The notes under the pieces were generated by a model. It saw nothing but the letters and a program-made list of their open reading frames with translations. It did not search any database and was not told the DNA's origin. Source: a virus. Taken from it: 36,392 nt of DNA. This document shows positions 1-8,376 of the stretch, piece by piece; position 1 is the first letter of the stretch; every line of letters begins with the position of its first letter. Position numbers and translations under genes: made by a program. The DNA is taken from the IMG/VR virus record IMGVR_UViG_3300002307_000022, positions 108,585-144,976 of that record. One strand, given 5' to 3'.

Positions 1-745
1 CCGTCTAAGCATCCAGATCTTAAAGCAGGTTGTAGAAGCAAAGACTCGCAAGCTATCAGCTCGCTGGACTTTTGAATCTGCACAGGATGCACAGGCACAA
101 CAGGGTATCGATATCGAAGCTGAAATCATGGCAGCACTTGCACAGGAAATCACTGCTGAAATCGATCAGGAAATCCTAACATCACTACGTAACTTAGCTG
201 GTACTCCAACTGAGACTTACGATCAGGCTGCTGTTTCAGGTACTGCTACATTCGTTGGTGACGAACACGCTGCTCTAGCTGTTCAGATCAACCGTGTTGC
301 TAACCTAATCGCTCAGCGCACACGTCGTGGTGCAGGTAACTATTGCGTAGTTACTCCGTTCGCTCTAACTATTCTACAGAGCGCAACAACTTCAGCATTT
401 GCTCGCACTACAGAAGGCACTTTCGAAGCTCCAACTAACACTAAGTTCGTTGGTACTCTAAACAGTGCAATGCGTGTTTATGTTGATTCCTATGCACAGG
501 ATAGCACTTCAATCCTAATTGGTTACAAGGGTTCAAGCGAGTCAGATGCACCAGCATTCTACTGCCCATACATTCCTCTAATGTCAAGCGGTGTCGTACT
601 TGATCCAGCTACTTTCGAGCCAGTCGTAAGCTTCATGACACGTTATGGTTATGTAGAGCTTTCAAATGCTGCATCATCACTAGGTAATGCTGCTGACTAC
701 CTCGGTCTAGTAGGTATCACAAACGGAAACGTAAAGTTCTCTTAA
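1..745 (+). CDS. Major capsid protein, T4 gp23-like (5'-truncated by the window edge)
   Basis: Frame is open from nt 2 (RLSIQILKQVVEAKTRKLSARWTFESAQDAQAQQGIDIEAEIM...). It carries gp23-family motifs AKTRKL.ARWT.E.AQD, EI..EID.EI, IA..TRRGAGN, GYKG.SE.DA..FYCPY.PL and F.P...FMTRYG. Confidence 0.95.
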   Translation, partial: RLSIQILKQVVEAKTRKLSARWTFESAQDAQAQQGIDIEAEIMAALAQEITAEIDQEILTSLRNLAGTPTETYDQAAVSGTATFVGDEHAALAVQINRVANLIAQRTRRGAGNYCVVTPFALTILQSATTSAFARTTEGTFEAPTNTKFVGTLNSAMRVYVDSYAQDSTSILIGYKGSSESDAPAFYCPYIPLMSSGVVLDPATFEPVVSFMTRYGYVELSNAASSLGNAADYLGLVGITNGNVKFS

Positions 746-767
746 TTAACTTAGGAAAACAAATATC

Positions 768-796
768 AAAAGCGAGTGGAAACACTCGCTTTTTTT
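768..796 (+). terminator. Rho-independent terminator of the capsid transcript
   Basis: AAAAGCGAGTG-GAAA-CACTCGCTTTT: perfect stem, GNRA loop and a run of 7 T, 22 nt after the capsid stop. Confidence 0.9.
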
Positions 797-807
797 ACGA
801 CAGATGC

Positions 808-835
808 TTGACGTATAGATGTAATTTGTTATAAT
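808..835 (+). promoter_or_regulatory. Sigma70-type promoter with extended -10
   Basis: TTGACG (808-813), 16-nt spacer, TG-n-TATAAT (827-835); the ATG of the next ORF lies 5 nt after the -10 box. Confidence 0.75.
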
Positions 836-840
836 AAACT

Positions 841-1116
841 ATGATACCGCAAATTAAAGATCCAGAAGATTGGAAAACTGTGGAGACTATGCTCCGCAAT
901 ATGATCCGTAATATGCCGGGATTCTATCATGATTTCTATGCACTAAGTAAAAATATTGATAAAATGATTAAAGAACTTAGCCTAATTGATATAGAGCTAA
1001 GGAAAAGATATTCAACAACTTACAAAGAAAAACGTACAGCAAAGCTTGAAGAAATAAATGCAGTTATTCGTATGTTCTCAAAATATCATCTCCTAGCTAG
1101 TTTATCTAAACGATAA
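841..1116 (+). CDS. Small basic, probably helical hypothetical protein (91 aa), likely expressed early and leaderless
   Basis: Fills the gap between the terminator and the next late promoter. It has its own promoter and no SD, and its K/E/L/I-rich composition differs from the flanking structural genes. Confidence 0.75.
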   Translation: MIPQIKDPEDWKTVETMLRNMIRNMPGFYHDFYALSKNIDKMIKELSLIDIELRKRYSTTYKEKRTAKLEEINAVIRMFSKYHLLASLSKR

Positions 1117-1119
1117 ATA
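1112..1119 (+). promoter_or_regulatory. T4-late-like promoter box GATAAATA
   Basis: Matches T4 late TATAAATA at 7/8 positions; the same motif recurs in most intergenic gaps of the window. Confidence 0.7.
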
Positions 1120-1189
1120 CATAGCCTCGAACGGTTTATGCGGTATCCATCCGCGTAGAGCTTAGACAGCTATAAACAGGAGAAATAAA

Positions 1190-2224
1190 ATGGGACGCCC
1201 GTTAAATAAGAAATTTTTTGGTAATAGAAACATTGGTTCAACAGGAATCGGAGACAATTACGGTATTGGTGGTGAAGGCCTTGATGCTTTTACATTAGCA
1301 GTCCAAAAAGGTAGCTTAATCATTAATTCTACATATGCACAGCCAGCTCTAGTAATTCCAGCTCCAAATCTTCCAACTGGTGTACAAGCAACTGCTACAG
1401 TAACTTGGGAAGTTGAAAGCATTACTACTAGTGGATTAGCTGGTCATAGTTATGTCACAACTACTGGAGGTGCAACAACACTAACAGGGTTAGCTGGTGT
1501 TACACTAAACATTACAGCAGTTGGTTCAGGACAAGGCGAAGTTCAAACTATGGTTCCTGTAAATCGCGGTGACTTTACTACAGTTCCTAGAGTTGCAACA
1601 ACTTATCAGATCGTTGGTGGTGATGGCAATCAGCAGGCAACTGTTAAGTATCGTGTTAAGAGCATTGTTATTTTAGAAAAAGGTTCAGGTTATACATCAG
1701 CACCAACTCTTTCATGGAGTACAGCTGGAACAAATACAGGCGGAACAGCAGTTGGTGCACCAACTGTAACACTAACAGCAGATAGCGGATTTGTAGGATC
1801 TTCAACTAATCAAGAAAATGCCATACAGATTACAGCTTGGGTTCCAGCAACTGCTGACGCAGGACGTATTAGTGGTAACGGAACTAGCGCCGTAGCTGGT
1901 GACATTGTTCGTCAAAGTGGTAGCAGCAAATATATTGTGCGTACAGCTCAAGGTGTCGGTCGTGTTAAGCTAGTAGCTGCAACTCCAGCAGCTGGTCAAG
2001 CAACTATCATCGCAACTGATAGCGACGGTGGAACATATTACGTTACAGAACTACGTGGTCGTAAGGCTCACATCATCAAGGGTGATCAGAGTGGTACACA
2101 GTTTACTACAGGTACAGACGGTATTGATGTTCCTTGGACATTTAACGGAGCATCTGCACCTAAGGTTCTTAACTCACAACCACTATTACAGGCAAATGTA
2201 AACGTACAAATTGCTAACGCTTAA
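1190..2224 (+). CDS. Putative virion structural protein (344 aa; possible head decoration or fibre protein)
   Basis: SD AGGAGA upstream; G/T/A-rich beta-type sequence with a GSGYTSAPT motif; first late gene after the capsid gene. Confidence 0.7.
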   Translation: MGRPLNKKFFGNRNIGSTGIGDNYGIGGEGLDAFTLAVQKGSLIINSTYAQPALVIPAPNLPTGVQATATVTWEVESITTSGLAGHSYVTTTGGATTLTGLAGVTLNITAVGSGQGEVQTMVPVNRGDFTTVPRVATTYQIVGGDGNQQATVKYRVKSIVILEKGSGYTSAPTLSWSTAGTNTGGTAVGAPTVTLTADSGFVGSSTNQENAIQITAWVPATADAGRISGNGTSAVAGDIVRQSGSSKYIVRTAQGVGRVKLVAATPAAGQATIIATDSDGGTYYVTELRGRKAHIIKGDQSGTQFTTGTDGIDVPWTFNGASAPKVLNSQPLLQANVNVQIANA

Positions 2225-2235
2225 GAAGGACTAAA

Positions 2236-3597
2236 ATGACAGCTAATGTCGTAAGAGTAAACAGCAACTACAAAATCCAGTCACTCGGGGGTGGTCAAAT
2301 CATCCTCGATACTGGGTTTAATCCTACCGGAGAATACGGTAAAGTAACCGTATTAGGTGATCTAGATGTTAAGGGTGCGGCTACTGTTATTAAAAGTAAC
2401 GTAGTTAGCATCCAAGACACTATTATTACACTAAACGTTGGGGAAATTGGAAACGGTGTAACCGGTAGCGTACAAGATCCCCAACGCAGTGGATTTGCTG
2501 TAGATCGAGGAACTGCTAGTGACGGAAATGCTAGATGGATGTGGGACGAAACTAGAGCTTGGTTAAATCCTCACACGGGGTCTACTAAGTATGGAGTTTG
2601 GGTAAGCAGGACTGTTGTTGGCGGTCTTGCTGGTATACAAACAAACAGCATTACTACAGGAACAACAGGCGATAATCTCTATCTATTAAATAGTGGAACT
2701 TCGATAATATCAGTTACTGGTTGCAGCAATTATGAGCAACAGGTTTTAGATTATGCTAACGGATTAGTGTACAAAGATAAAGATATTATTCCTAATATTA
2801 AGGCTGTAACTGATAGAATCAAATATGATCTATCTAATAGTTCTTCTAATAATATAAAAAGAAAAGACACAGCTGTTCGAGTGTTTGATAGTGAAATTAC
2901 CCAAGAAGTGGTAAGTTATCGAACTGTTGGAACTGCTAATGTGATCACTATAGATCATACACCTATATCAAATTTTGATCTTAATGTTACTACTAGTTCT
3001 TATGTAACTATATCAAATTGCGATAGTCCGGCTATGAACGGAACTTGGCCTGTAATTACTGCTCCAACTAACGCTTATTATTTTATTATCCAAATTGGAA
3101 CATCGGTAAGTTATTCAGATGTACCGTTTGTTGGTAGTATATCTATCGTTGGGTACAATAGTAATGCCGTTGTGTTTATTAATGGTAATGCTGTACATAC
3201 TATAAATGGTACACAATCTGATCTATATAATTTAAGATTTTCCGGAACTACTATACAGACAACTAGTGGATCGAGTGCTGCGTTGCAGCTAACTTCACAA
3301 GGTAGTTTAGCTCTATTAGCTAATAACGGTGATACAACGATAACAGCTACTAGTGGTAATATGTCATTAACAGCGAGCGGAACTATTACTATAAAATCAA
3401 GTGGTGCAGGTGATGTAAAGATAGATGATACCTTAACATTAACTAATCAATCTGTACCAGCAATAATTTCTAATACTACTAGGATTTATTCTGCTGCTCA
3501 CGGTCAAGGCAATACAGGATTATTTTTTGTAAATAGTTCATATAGCGATGAGTTTATAAGCAAAAAGAAGGCGATCGCCTTCAGTATACTAATGTAA
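2236..3597 (+). CDS. Putative fibre or baseplate-associated structural protein (453 aa)
   Basis: SD AAGGA. Contains V.GDL.V.G and I.D.IITLN.GE...G fibre-type motifs and ends in a hydrophobic tail (KKKAIAFSILM). Confidence 0.7.
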   Translation: MTANVVRVNSNYKIQSLGGGQIILDTGFNPTGEYGKVTVLGDLDVKGAATVIKSNVVSIQDTIITLNVGEIGNGVTGSVQDPQRSGFAVDRGTASDGNARWMWDETRAWLNPHTGSTKYGVWVSRTVVGGLAGIQTNSITTGTTGDNLYLLNSGTSIISVTGCSNYEQQVLDYANGLVYKDKDIIPNIKAVTDRIKYDLSNSSSNNIKRKDTAVRVFDSEITQEVVSYRTVGTANVITIDHTPISNFDLNVTTSSYVTISNCDSPAMNGTWPVITAPTNAYYFIIQIGTSVSYSDVPFVGSISIVGYNSNAVVFINGNAVHTINGTQSDLYNLRFSGTTIQTTSGSSAALQLTSQGSLALLANNGDTTITATSGNMSLTASGTITIKSSGAGDVKIDDTLTLTNQSVPAIISNTTRIYSAAHGQGNTGLFFVNSSYSDEFISKKKAIAFSILM

Positions 3598-3607
3598 GGT
3601 AAAAAAA

Positions 3608-3919
3608 ATGGCGATAGCAAACGTAGCAGTAGGAACCTCAAATACAACAATTTATACTAGTAGCGGAGATTCTATGATCGCTACTATGATATTTTGTAAC
3701 ACATCGGATGCAACAACGACTAATGTAACAGTTTATCTTTTACCTAGCGGCGGATCTGTTGGTACAGGAACTATGATCGTTAACGCATTGAATATTCCTG
3801 CAACTGAAACAGTTTTCTTTGATACTGAGAGATTGGTTTTAGGAACAGGAGATAGCATCGTAGCAAAAAGTACAGCAGCTAGTACTATAACCTGCACTAT
3901 AAGTACGGTGGCTCTATAA
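3608..3919 (+). CDS. Small beta-sandwich-type virion protein (103 aa), putative fibre cap or adaptor
   Basis: SD AAGGT. Pattern IYT...IFCNT...V.VYL...I.N.L.IPA..T......RLVL..GDSI.A; paralogous to 7646..7975 (both contain ERLVL). Confidence 0.75.
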   Translation: MAIANVAVGTSNTTIYTSSGDSMIATMIFCNTSDATTTNVTVYLLPSGGSVGTGTMIVNALNIPATETVFFDTERLVLGTGDSIVAKSTAASTITCTISTVAL

Positions 3920-4444
3920 ATGAGATTTTTAAAACAACAAAATTTAAATAAATTTCGTAGGACAGATGCTACTGTTTCCTACGATGCCAAGGGACAGATC
4001 AATCTAACTTCTTCTCTTAGTGTACTTTTGCCTAAAGGAACAACCCAACAACAACCATCTACTCCAGTAAATGGAGAGATACGGTATAATACAAGCACAA
4101 ACGAAGTAGAAGCATATTCGAACGGTGCTTGGAGAGCTTTTAGGTATAAAGAACCAACAGCAGTTACATATCAAACAATCGGAACTGGTGATTACGTTAC
4201 TACGTATTTTGGTCCACTTACACCTCCAAATCAAACCAACTATCCCAACAGCAATGGTATAACTGTATTTGGTACTAATTATGGTGCTAATATTATGGTT
4301 TATGTAGAAAATGTTTTCCAGCTATATGGTACAAATTACGTTCTAGAACAGAATCCTGTAGGATTTGCAGCAGGATGGTATTTGTCTTTTAATGAAGCAC
4401 CTCCTATAAAAGCTATAACTGTCATCTACGGATTTGACAACTAA
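3920..4444 (+). CDS. Virion structural protein (174 aa)
   Basis: Abuts the previous stop (TAA ATG). Contains the LP.GTT.Q.P..P..G.IRYNT....E.Y..G.W motif shared with the next two genes. Confidence 0.7.
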   Translation: MRFLKQQNLNKFRRTDATVSYDAKGQINLTSSLSVLLPKGTTQQQPSTPVNGEIRYNTSTNEVEAYSNGAWRAFRYKEPTAVTYQTIGTGDYVTTYFGPLTPPNQTNYPNSNGITVFGTNYGANIMVYVENVFQLYGTNYVLEQNPVGFAAGWYLSFNEAPPIKAITVIYGFDN

Positions 4445-4461
4445 CTCCTAATTTAAAATCT

Positions 4462-4469
4462 AATAAATA
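4462..4469 (+). promoter_or_regulatory. T4-late-like promoter box AATAAATA
   Basis: Intergenic, upstream of SD GGAG and the ATG at 4496. Confidence 0.65.
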
Positions 4470-4495
4470 TGTATGTCTAATTTTGGAGATACAGT

Positions 4496-6022
4496 ATGCC
4501 CAATCCTGGCGGCGGCGGAATTCACGGTCCTAGTGGCGGTAATGGTGAGATAGGTAGGATTTCCGGTCCACTATTAAAAGATAACCTTCTTAGGAATGGG
4601 GTAGATCTCGCTTTTGAAACTGACTTATTATATCTAGATGTTGCACATAATAGAATAGGTATACATACTGCTGGTCCTACGAGAGATCTTACTATCGTAG
4701 GCACTACAAATATAAATCAAGATTTAACAGTAAGTACCGCAGCTAAATTTGGAAATATTATTTTTGGAATCGATAATTATATCTCTACTACTACTGGCAA
4801 TCTAACGATATCTGCTAACAACATTTACGCTCCTATATTAACTACAGATAATTTAAGAATAGCTACTAATACGATACAGACTATAACAGCTGATTCTAAT
4901 GTAATAATAAACGCTGCGGGTAAACTTAATATACATTCTAATACAAAAATTGACGGTAATTTAGAAGTTACTGGAAATATTGATATAACACAAAATCTTC
5001 ATGTATTTGGTAATTTAAATCTAGGAACAAACACAGAAGCAACGGATCAAATTTCATTTAGTGGAGCAGTTGGCGCTGATATATTTCCTACAGTTAACAA
5101 TTATTATCAATTAGGATACCATAACGAAAAATGGAAAACTGTTTATTTTGGAACAAGTGCGATTGGACAGAATATAGGATTATATTCTGACGGATCTATA
5201 AATCCTAATATATCAAATAGTGATTTAGTATTAGCTACTGCTTCTACTTTTTTAGTTGAAGATTTATCTATCAGTGATAGTACTATTACTTCTCTCAACA
5301 ATATAATAACATTTTCTACTGCATCAGACAAAAATTTAATTATCAGTGGAACAAATGCACTAAAAATACCAGCAGGGTCGGTTAGTGACAGATCTAATCT
5401 AGAAACGGGAGACCTTAGATTCTCAACTACTGTAGGTAGATATATAGGGTACGGTGATTCAAATCTAACATTTGGTGGAATATTTTCTGATGATAGACGA
5501 ACTTACATTATACCAGAATCTGCACTTAACGAAAATGACAAAATTATAAATTTAACGATAGACACTGATATAGCTGCAACTATTAATTCTACCACAGCAA
5601 CTATAATAACTTCAGCACAAGTTAATAAAATTAATATAATAAATGATACTATATCTACTACAACTACTGATGCTAATCTTTATCTAACACCAGCAGGATC
5701 TGGTAGTGTTGTGATAGGAAATTTATCAATTAAAGACAATGTTATTTCTAATAGTTCTTCAGCTAATCTAACACTATTAGCAAGTGGTGCTATGGGATAT
5801 ATTAATTTTAATAATACAGTTGGATTAGGAATACCATCAGGAGATGTATCATCTAGACCACTTGCTCCGCAGACCGGATTAACAAGATATAACACAGCCT
5901 ACAATTATTTAGAAATATATAATGGATCTGCTTGGACACCTATTATAGGAGCATCTCCTCTAATAACTGCTTCGGATTTAAACGATTTGACTTTAGAGTA
6001 CAGCTTATTATTGGGTGCTTAA
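4496..6022 (+). CDS. Tail fibre-like structural protein (508 aa), paralog A
   Basis: N-terminal GRISGPLLK.NLLR.GVDLAFET.LLYLDV...R.GI; repeated I..N.I.T....NL.L.P.G.G units; two IP.G....R...G..R[FY] motifs; hydrophobic C-terminus EYSLLLGA. Confidence 0.75.
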   Translation: MPNPGGGGIHGPSGGNGEIGRISGPLLKDNLLRNGVDLAFETDLLYLDVAHNRIGIHTAGPTRDLTIVGTTNINQDLTVSTAAKFGNIIFGIDNYISTTTGNLTISANNIYAPILTTDNLRIATNTIQTITADSNVIINAAGKLNIHSNTKIDGNLEVTGNIDITQNLHVFGNLNLGTNTEATDQISFSGAVGADIFPTVNNYYQLGYHNEKWKTVYFGTSAIGQNIGLYSDGSINPNISNSDLVLATASTFLVEDLSISDSTITSLNNIITFSTASDKNLIISGTNALKIPAGSVSDRSNLETGDLRFSTTVGRYIGYGDSNLTFGGIFSDDRRTYIIPESALNENDKIINLTIDTDIAATINSTTATIITSAQVNKINIINDTISTTTTDANLYLTPAGSGSVVIGNLSIKDNVISNSSSANLTLLASGAMGYINFNNTVGLGIPSGDVSSRPLAPQTGLTRYNTAYNYLEIYNGSAWTPIIGASPLITASDLNDLTLEYSLLLGA

Positions 6023-6043
6023 TGAACATAATTTCCAAGGTAT

Positions 6044-6051
6044 GATAAATA
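6044..6051 (+). promoter_or_regulatory. T4-late-like promoter box GATAAATA
   Basis: Intergenic; followed by a ~95-nt leader before the ATG at 6149. Confidence 0.65.
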
Positions 6052-6058
6052 ATATTAT

Positions 6059-6145
6059 CGAGCATTAGATCAAAATGTCCGTGTCCAAACTGTGGTAAAC
6101 CCGCAATGCAAGGTGGTTAGCCGTGTAACTCGGTGGTTGGGAGAG
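6059..6145 (+). ncRNA. Candidate structured cis-regulatory 5' leader
   Basis: Hand-folded stems: 6062-6066/6074-6078, 6091-6095/6101-6105, 6121-6123/6131-6133, and a closing stem 6084-6088/6137-6141 that overlaps the SD-like GGGAGAG. About 53% GC over 6081-6148 in an AT-rich context. Confidence 0.4.
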
Positions 6146-6148
6146 TAG

Positions 6149-7639
6149 ATGTCCGTTGGTCGAATTTCGGGCCCGCTCTTAAAAGCAAACCTGCTTCGTG
6201 ACGGAGTAGATCTAGCTTTTGAGACGAGCTTATTATATCTAGATGTAGTTAACTCCCGAGTTGGTATTAAAACCAGTTCCCCAGCCTATGATCTAGACGT
6301 AAACGGATACGTTAGAACAACTAATTTAGAAGTAACTGGTCAGCTTAGTGTTAGTCCTTATCTTACTCTAAGCGGTAATACGATTTCAAGTTCAAGCGAT
6401 GGATTAAATCTAACACCGTCTACAGGTAATGTTGTCTATCAAGGCACTATTAATGTTGGAGATCTTACTGTAAGCGGAAATACTATTGCTAGTGTAAGTA
6501 GTAACGATATTAATATAACCCCAAATGGGTCCGGAACAACGCAGATAAACTCAAGCACAAAAGTTTGGGGCGATCTAGAAGTTACAGGTACTATTAATGC
6601 AGACGGTGATGTAACTATCAGTGGTAACATTATATTAGCCAATCAAAGTTCAGGATCGATAAATTTTGCAGCAGGTATATCTAGCGATATCGTTCCTACA
6701 ACTAATAATACTTACGATATAGGTGCAAACGGAATAGCTTGGAAAAATCTATATGCTTATAATATGTATGTAGGAAATATATCTGTAACAGGAAATACAA
6801 TTTCAACTGTTGATAGTGGTACTAACTTATCATTATCAGGTAATGGATTAGGATCAGTTGTACTTGATCAATTAAGTATAAAATCTTCTACTATATCTTC
6901 TAGCAGTAACAATGATATAGTGCTTAGTCCGGGCGGAACTGGAATCGTATCTATCGACTCTAATCAAAGCATACAGATACCAGTAGGAACTACACTCCAA
7001 CAACCTGCTTCCCCAGCGTCTGGTATGATAAGATATAATACTACTATTGGACATTATGAAGGATATACCGGTAGTCGTTGGCAAGTATTAGATGGCGTAT
7101 ATGATACAGATAGAAATACATATATCACTGCCGAATCAACTCCGGGCGCAAATGACAAGACTATACGATTTGTAGTTAATGGCACACAAAAAGCTGACCT
7201 AAATGCTACTAGATTTAATTTTGACAGATTACAAGCAGGTGATATTGATATCAATGTTGATACTATATCAACAGTTACATCTGGAGCAAACTTAACATTA
7301 AGTCCAAATGGTTCAGGAAAAGTAGTTGTTGGTAATTTTAATATCAGTGGAAGCACTATAAACAATACTGTTTCCGATAGTATAACTTATTTAAATAATA
7401 CAGGATCAGGCTATGTTAGGATAGGCGGAACCTACGGTTTCGTAATGCCAGTAGGAAACAACAGTAATCAGATAACTGACGTATCTAATCCTACTGGATT
7501 AACAAGATACAATACAGACAACGGTCGCGCAGAAGTGTGGGACGGCGTTGAGTGGCTATCAGTAGCAGGACCTGGCGCCGGTATTACTATAGCAGAAGCA
7601 GAAGTTTTAGCAATTTTGAATGTTTTCAGTTTTGGGTGA
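6149..7639 (+). CDS. Tail fibre-like structural protein (496 aa), paralog B
   Basis: Same N-terminal block and overall architecture as 4496..6022; hydrophobic C-terminus EVLAILNVFSFG. Confidence 0.75.
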   Translation: MSVGRISGPLLKANLLRDGVDLAFETSLLYLDVVNSRVGIKTSSPAYDLDVNGYVRTTNLEVTGQLSVSPYLTLSGNTISSSSDGLNLTPSTGNVVYQGTINVGDLTVSGNTIASVSSNDINITPNGSGTTQINSSTKVWGDLEVTGTINADGDVTISGNIILANQSSGSINFAAGISSDIVPTTNNTYDIGANGIAWKNLYAYNMYVGNISVTGNTISTVDSGTNLSLSGNGLGSVVLDQLSIKSSTISSSSNNDIVLSPGGTGIVSIDSNQSIQIPVGTTLQQPASPASGMIRYNTTIGHYEGYTGSRWQVLDGVYDTDRNTYITAESTPGANDKTIRFVVNGTQKADLNATRFNFDRLQAGDIDINVDTISTVTSGANLTLSPNGSGKVVVGNFNISGSTINNTVSDSITYLNNTGSGYVRIGGTYGFVMPVGNNSNQITDVSNPTGLTRYNTDNGRAEVWDGVEWLSVAGPGAGITIAEAEVLAILNVFSFG

Positions 7640-7645
7640 TGAATA

Positions 7646-7975
7646 ATGGCAATTTCGTTTAAGAATAAAGTAGTAACAGGATTAGGTACTTCAGACACGC
7701 TATTAATTTCCAGCGATGCTAGTACAACGATTACAATTATGGGACTTAGTATCACAAATACTACAGACAATATCATACAGGTTAATGTTTGGTTAATTGA
7801 TGCAAGTAGCAATACAGGATATTATCTAAAGAACTGTATAGTAACTCCAAATAGTAGTGTTAGGGTAGTAAACGGAGGTGAGAGATTGGTTTTAACACCT
7901 AGCAATAGTTTACACGCTTCATCTAATGTAGCAGCTAGTGCAGACATTATAGTAAGTTACGCTACACAGGTATAA
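7646..7975 (+). CDS. Small beta-sandwich-type virion protein (109 aa), putative fibre cap or adaptor
   Basis: MA.SFKN...GLSITNT...V.VWL...YYLKN..V.PNSS....NGGERLVL; paralog of 3608..3919. Confidence 0.75.
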   Translation: MAISFKNKVVTGLGTSDTLLISSDASTTITIMGLSITNTTDNIIQVNVWLIDASSNTGYYLKNCIVTPNSSVRVVNGGERLVLTPSNSLHASSNVAASADIIVSYATQV

Positions 7976-7985
7976 GGAACAGACG

Positions 7986-8345
7986 ATGACAAATTATGTA
8001 GGATTAACCCCAAAAGATGCATTAGGAAATGAACCTAGGTATTTTTATGCACTGCGTAGGACAGACGAAGGCGAACTATATTTCTGTGTTGTTGACACAT
8101 TAAGCCCAACCGATAGCATAGCAATTAATGCTCCAGGAGACGGAAATAATGATTATCCAGATTTTGAGGTAGGCACTGATTTTTTTGAAGGCAGAGATGC
8201 ATATCATAATCTAGTTTATTCTAACTTAAATTATGAACAGTATCGTTGGGATGATAAGAAACTTTATTATTATCTAGATGCAAACGGAAGTTTAGTAGCT
8301 AGAATCGGACAAACATACACATATCCTGCAGCTGAAAACGCATGA
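7986..8345 (+). CDS. Hypothetical protein (119 aa, acidic and aromatic-rich)
   Basis: SD AAGGA; in the late operon; no family recognised. Confidence 0.7.
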   Translation: MTNYVGLTPKDALGNEPRYFYALRRTDEGELYFCVVDTLSPTDSIAINAPGDGNNDYPDFEVGTDFFEGRDAYHNLVYSNLNYEQYRWDDKKLYYYLDANGSLVARIGQTYTYPAAENA

Positions 8346-8351
8346 TAAATA
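8344..8351 (+). promoter_or_regulatory. T4-late-like promoter box GATAAATA
   Basis: Overlaps the previous stop; lies upstream of SD AAGGTG and the ATG at 8377. Confidence 0.65.
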
Positions 8352-8376
8352 TTAGAAATTGAAAAGGTGATACAAA

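Noticed and set aside
3917-3922. Read-through fusion at in-frame TAA-ATG junctions (also 33579-33584)
   Set aside because: TAA is an efficient stop, and abutting genes are adequately explained by translational coupling.
6052-6148. Known riboswitch, ribozyme or tRNA in the long leader
   Set aside because: I did not find hammerhead, c-di-GMP or tRNA consensus elements by eye; kept only as an unassigned structured leader.
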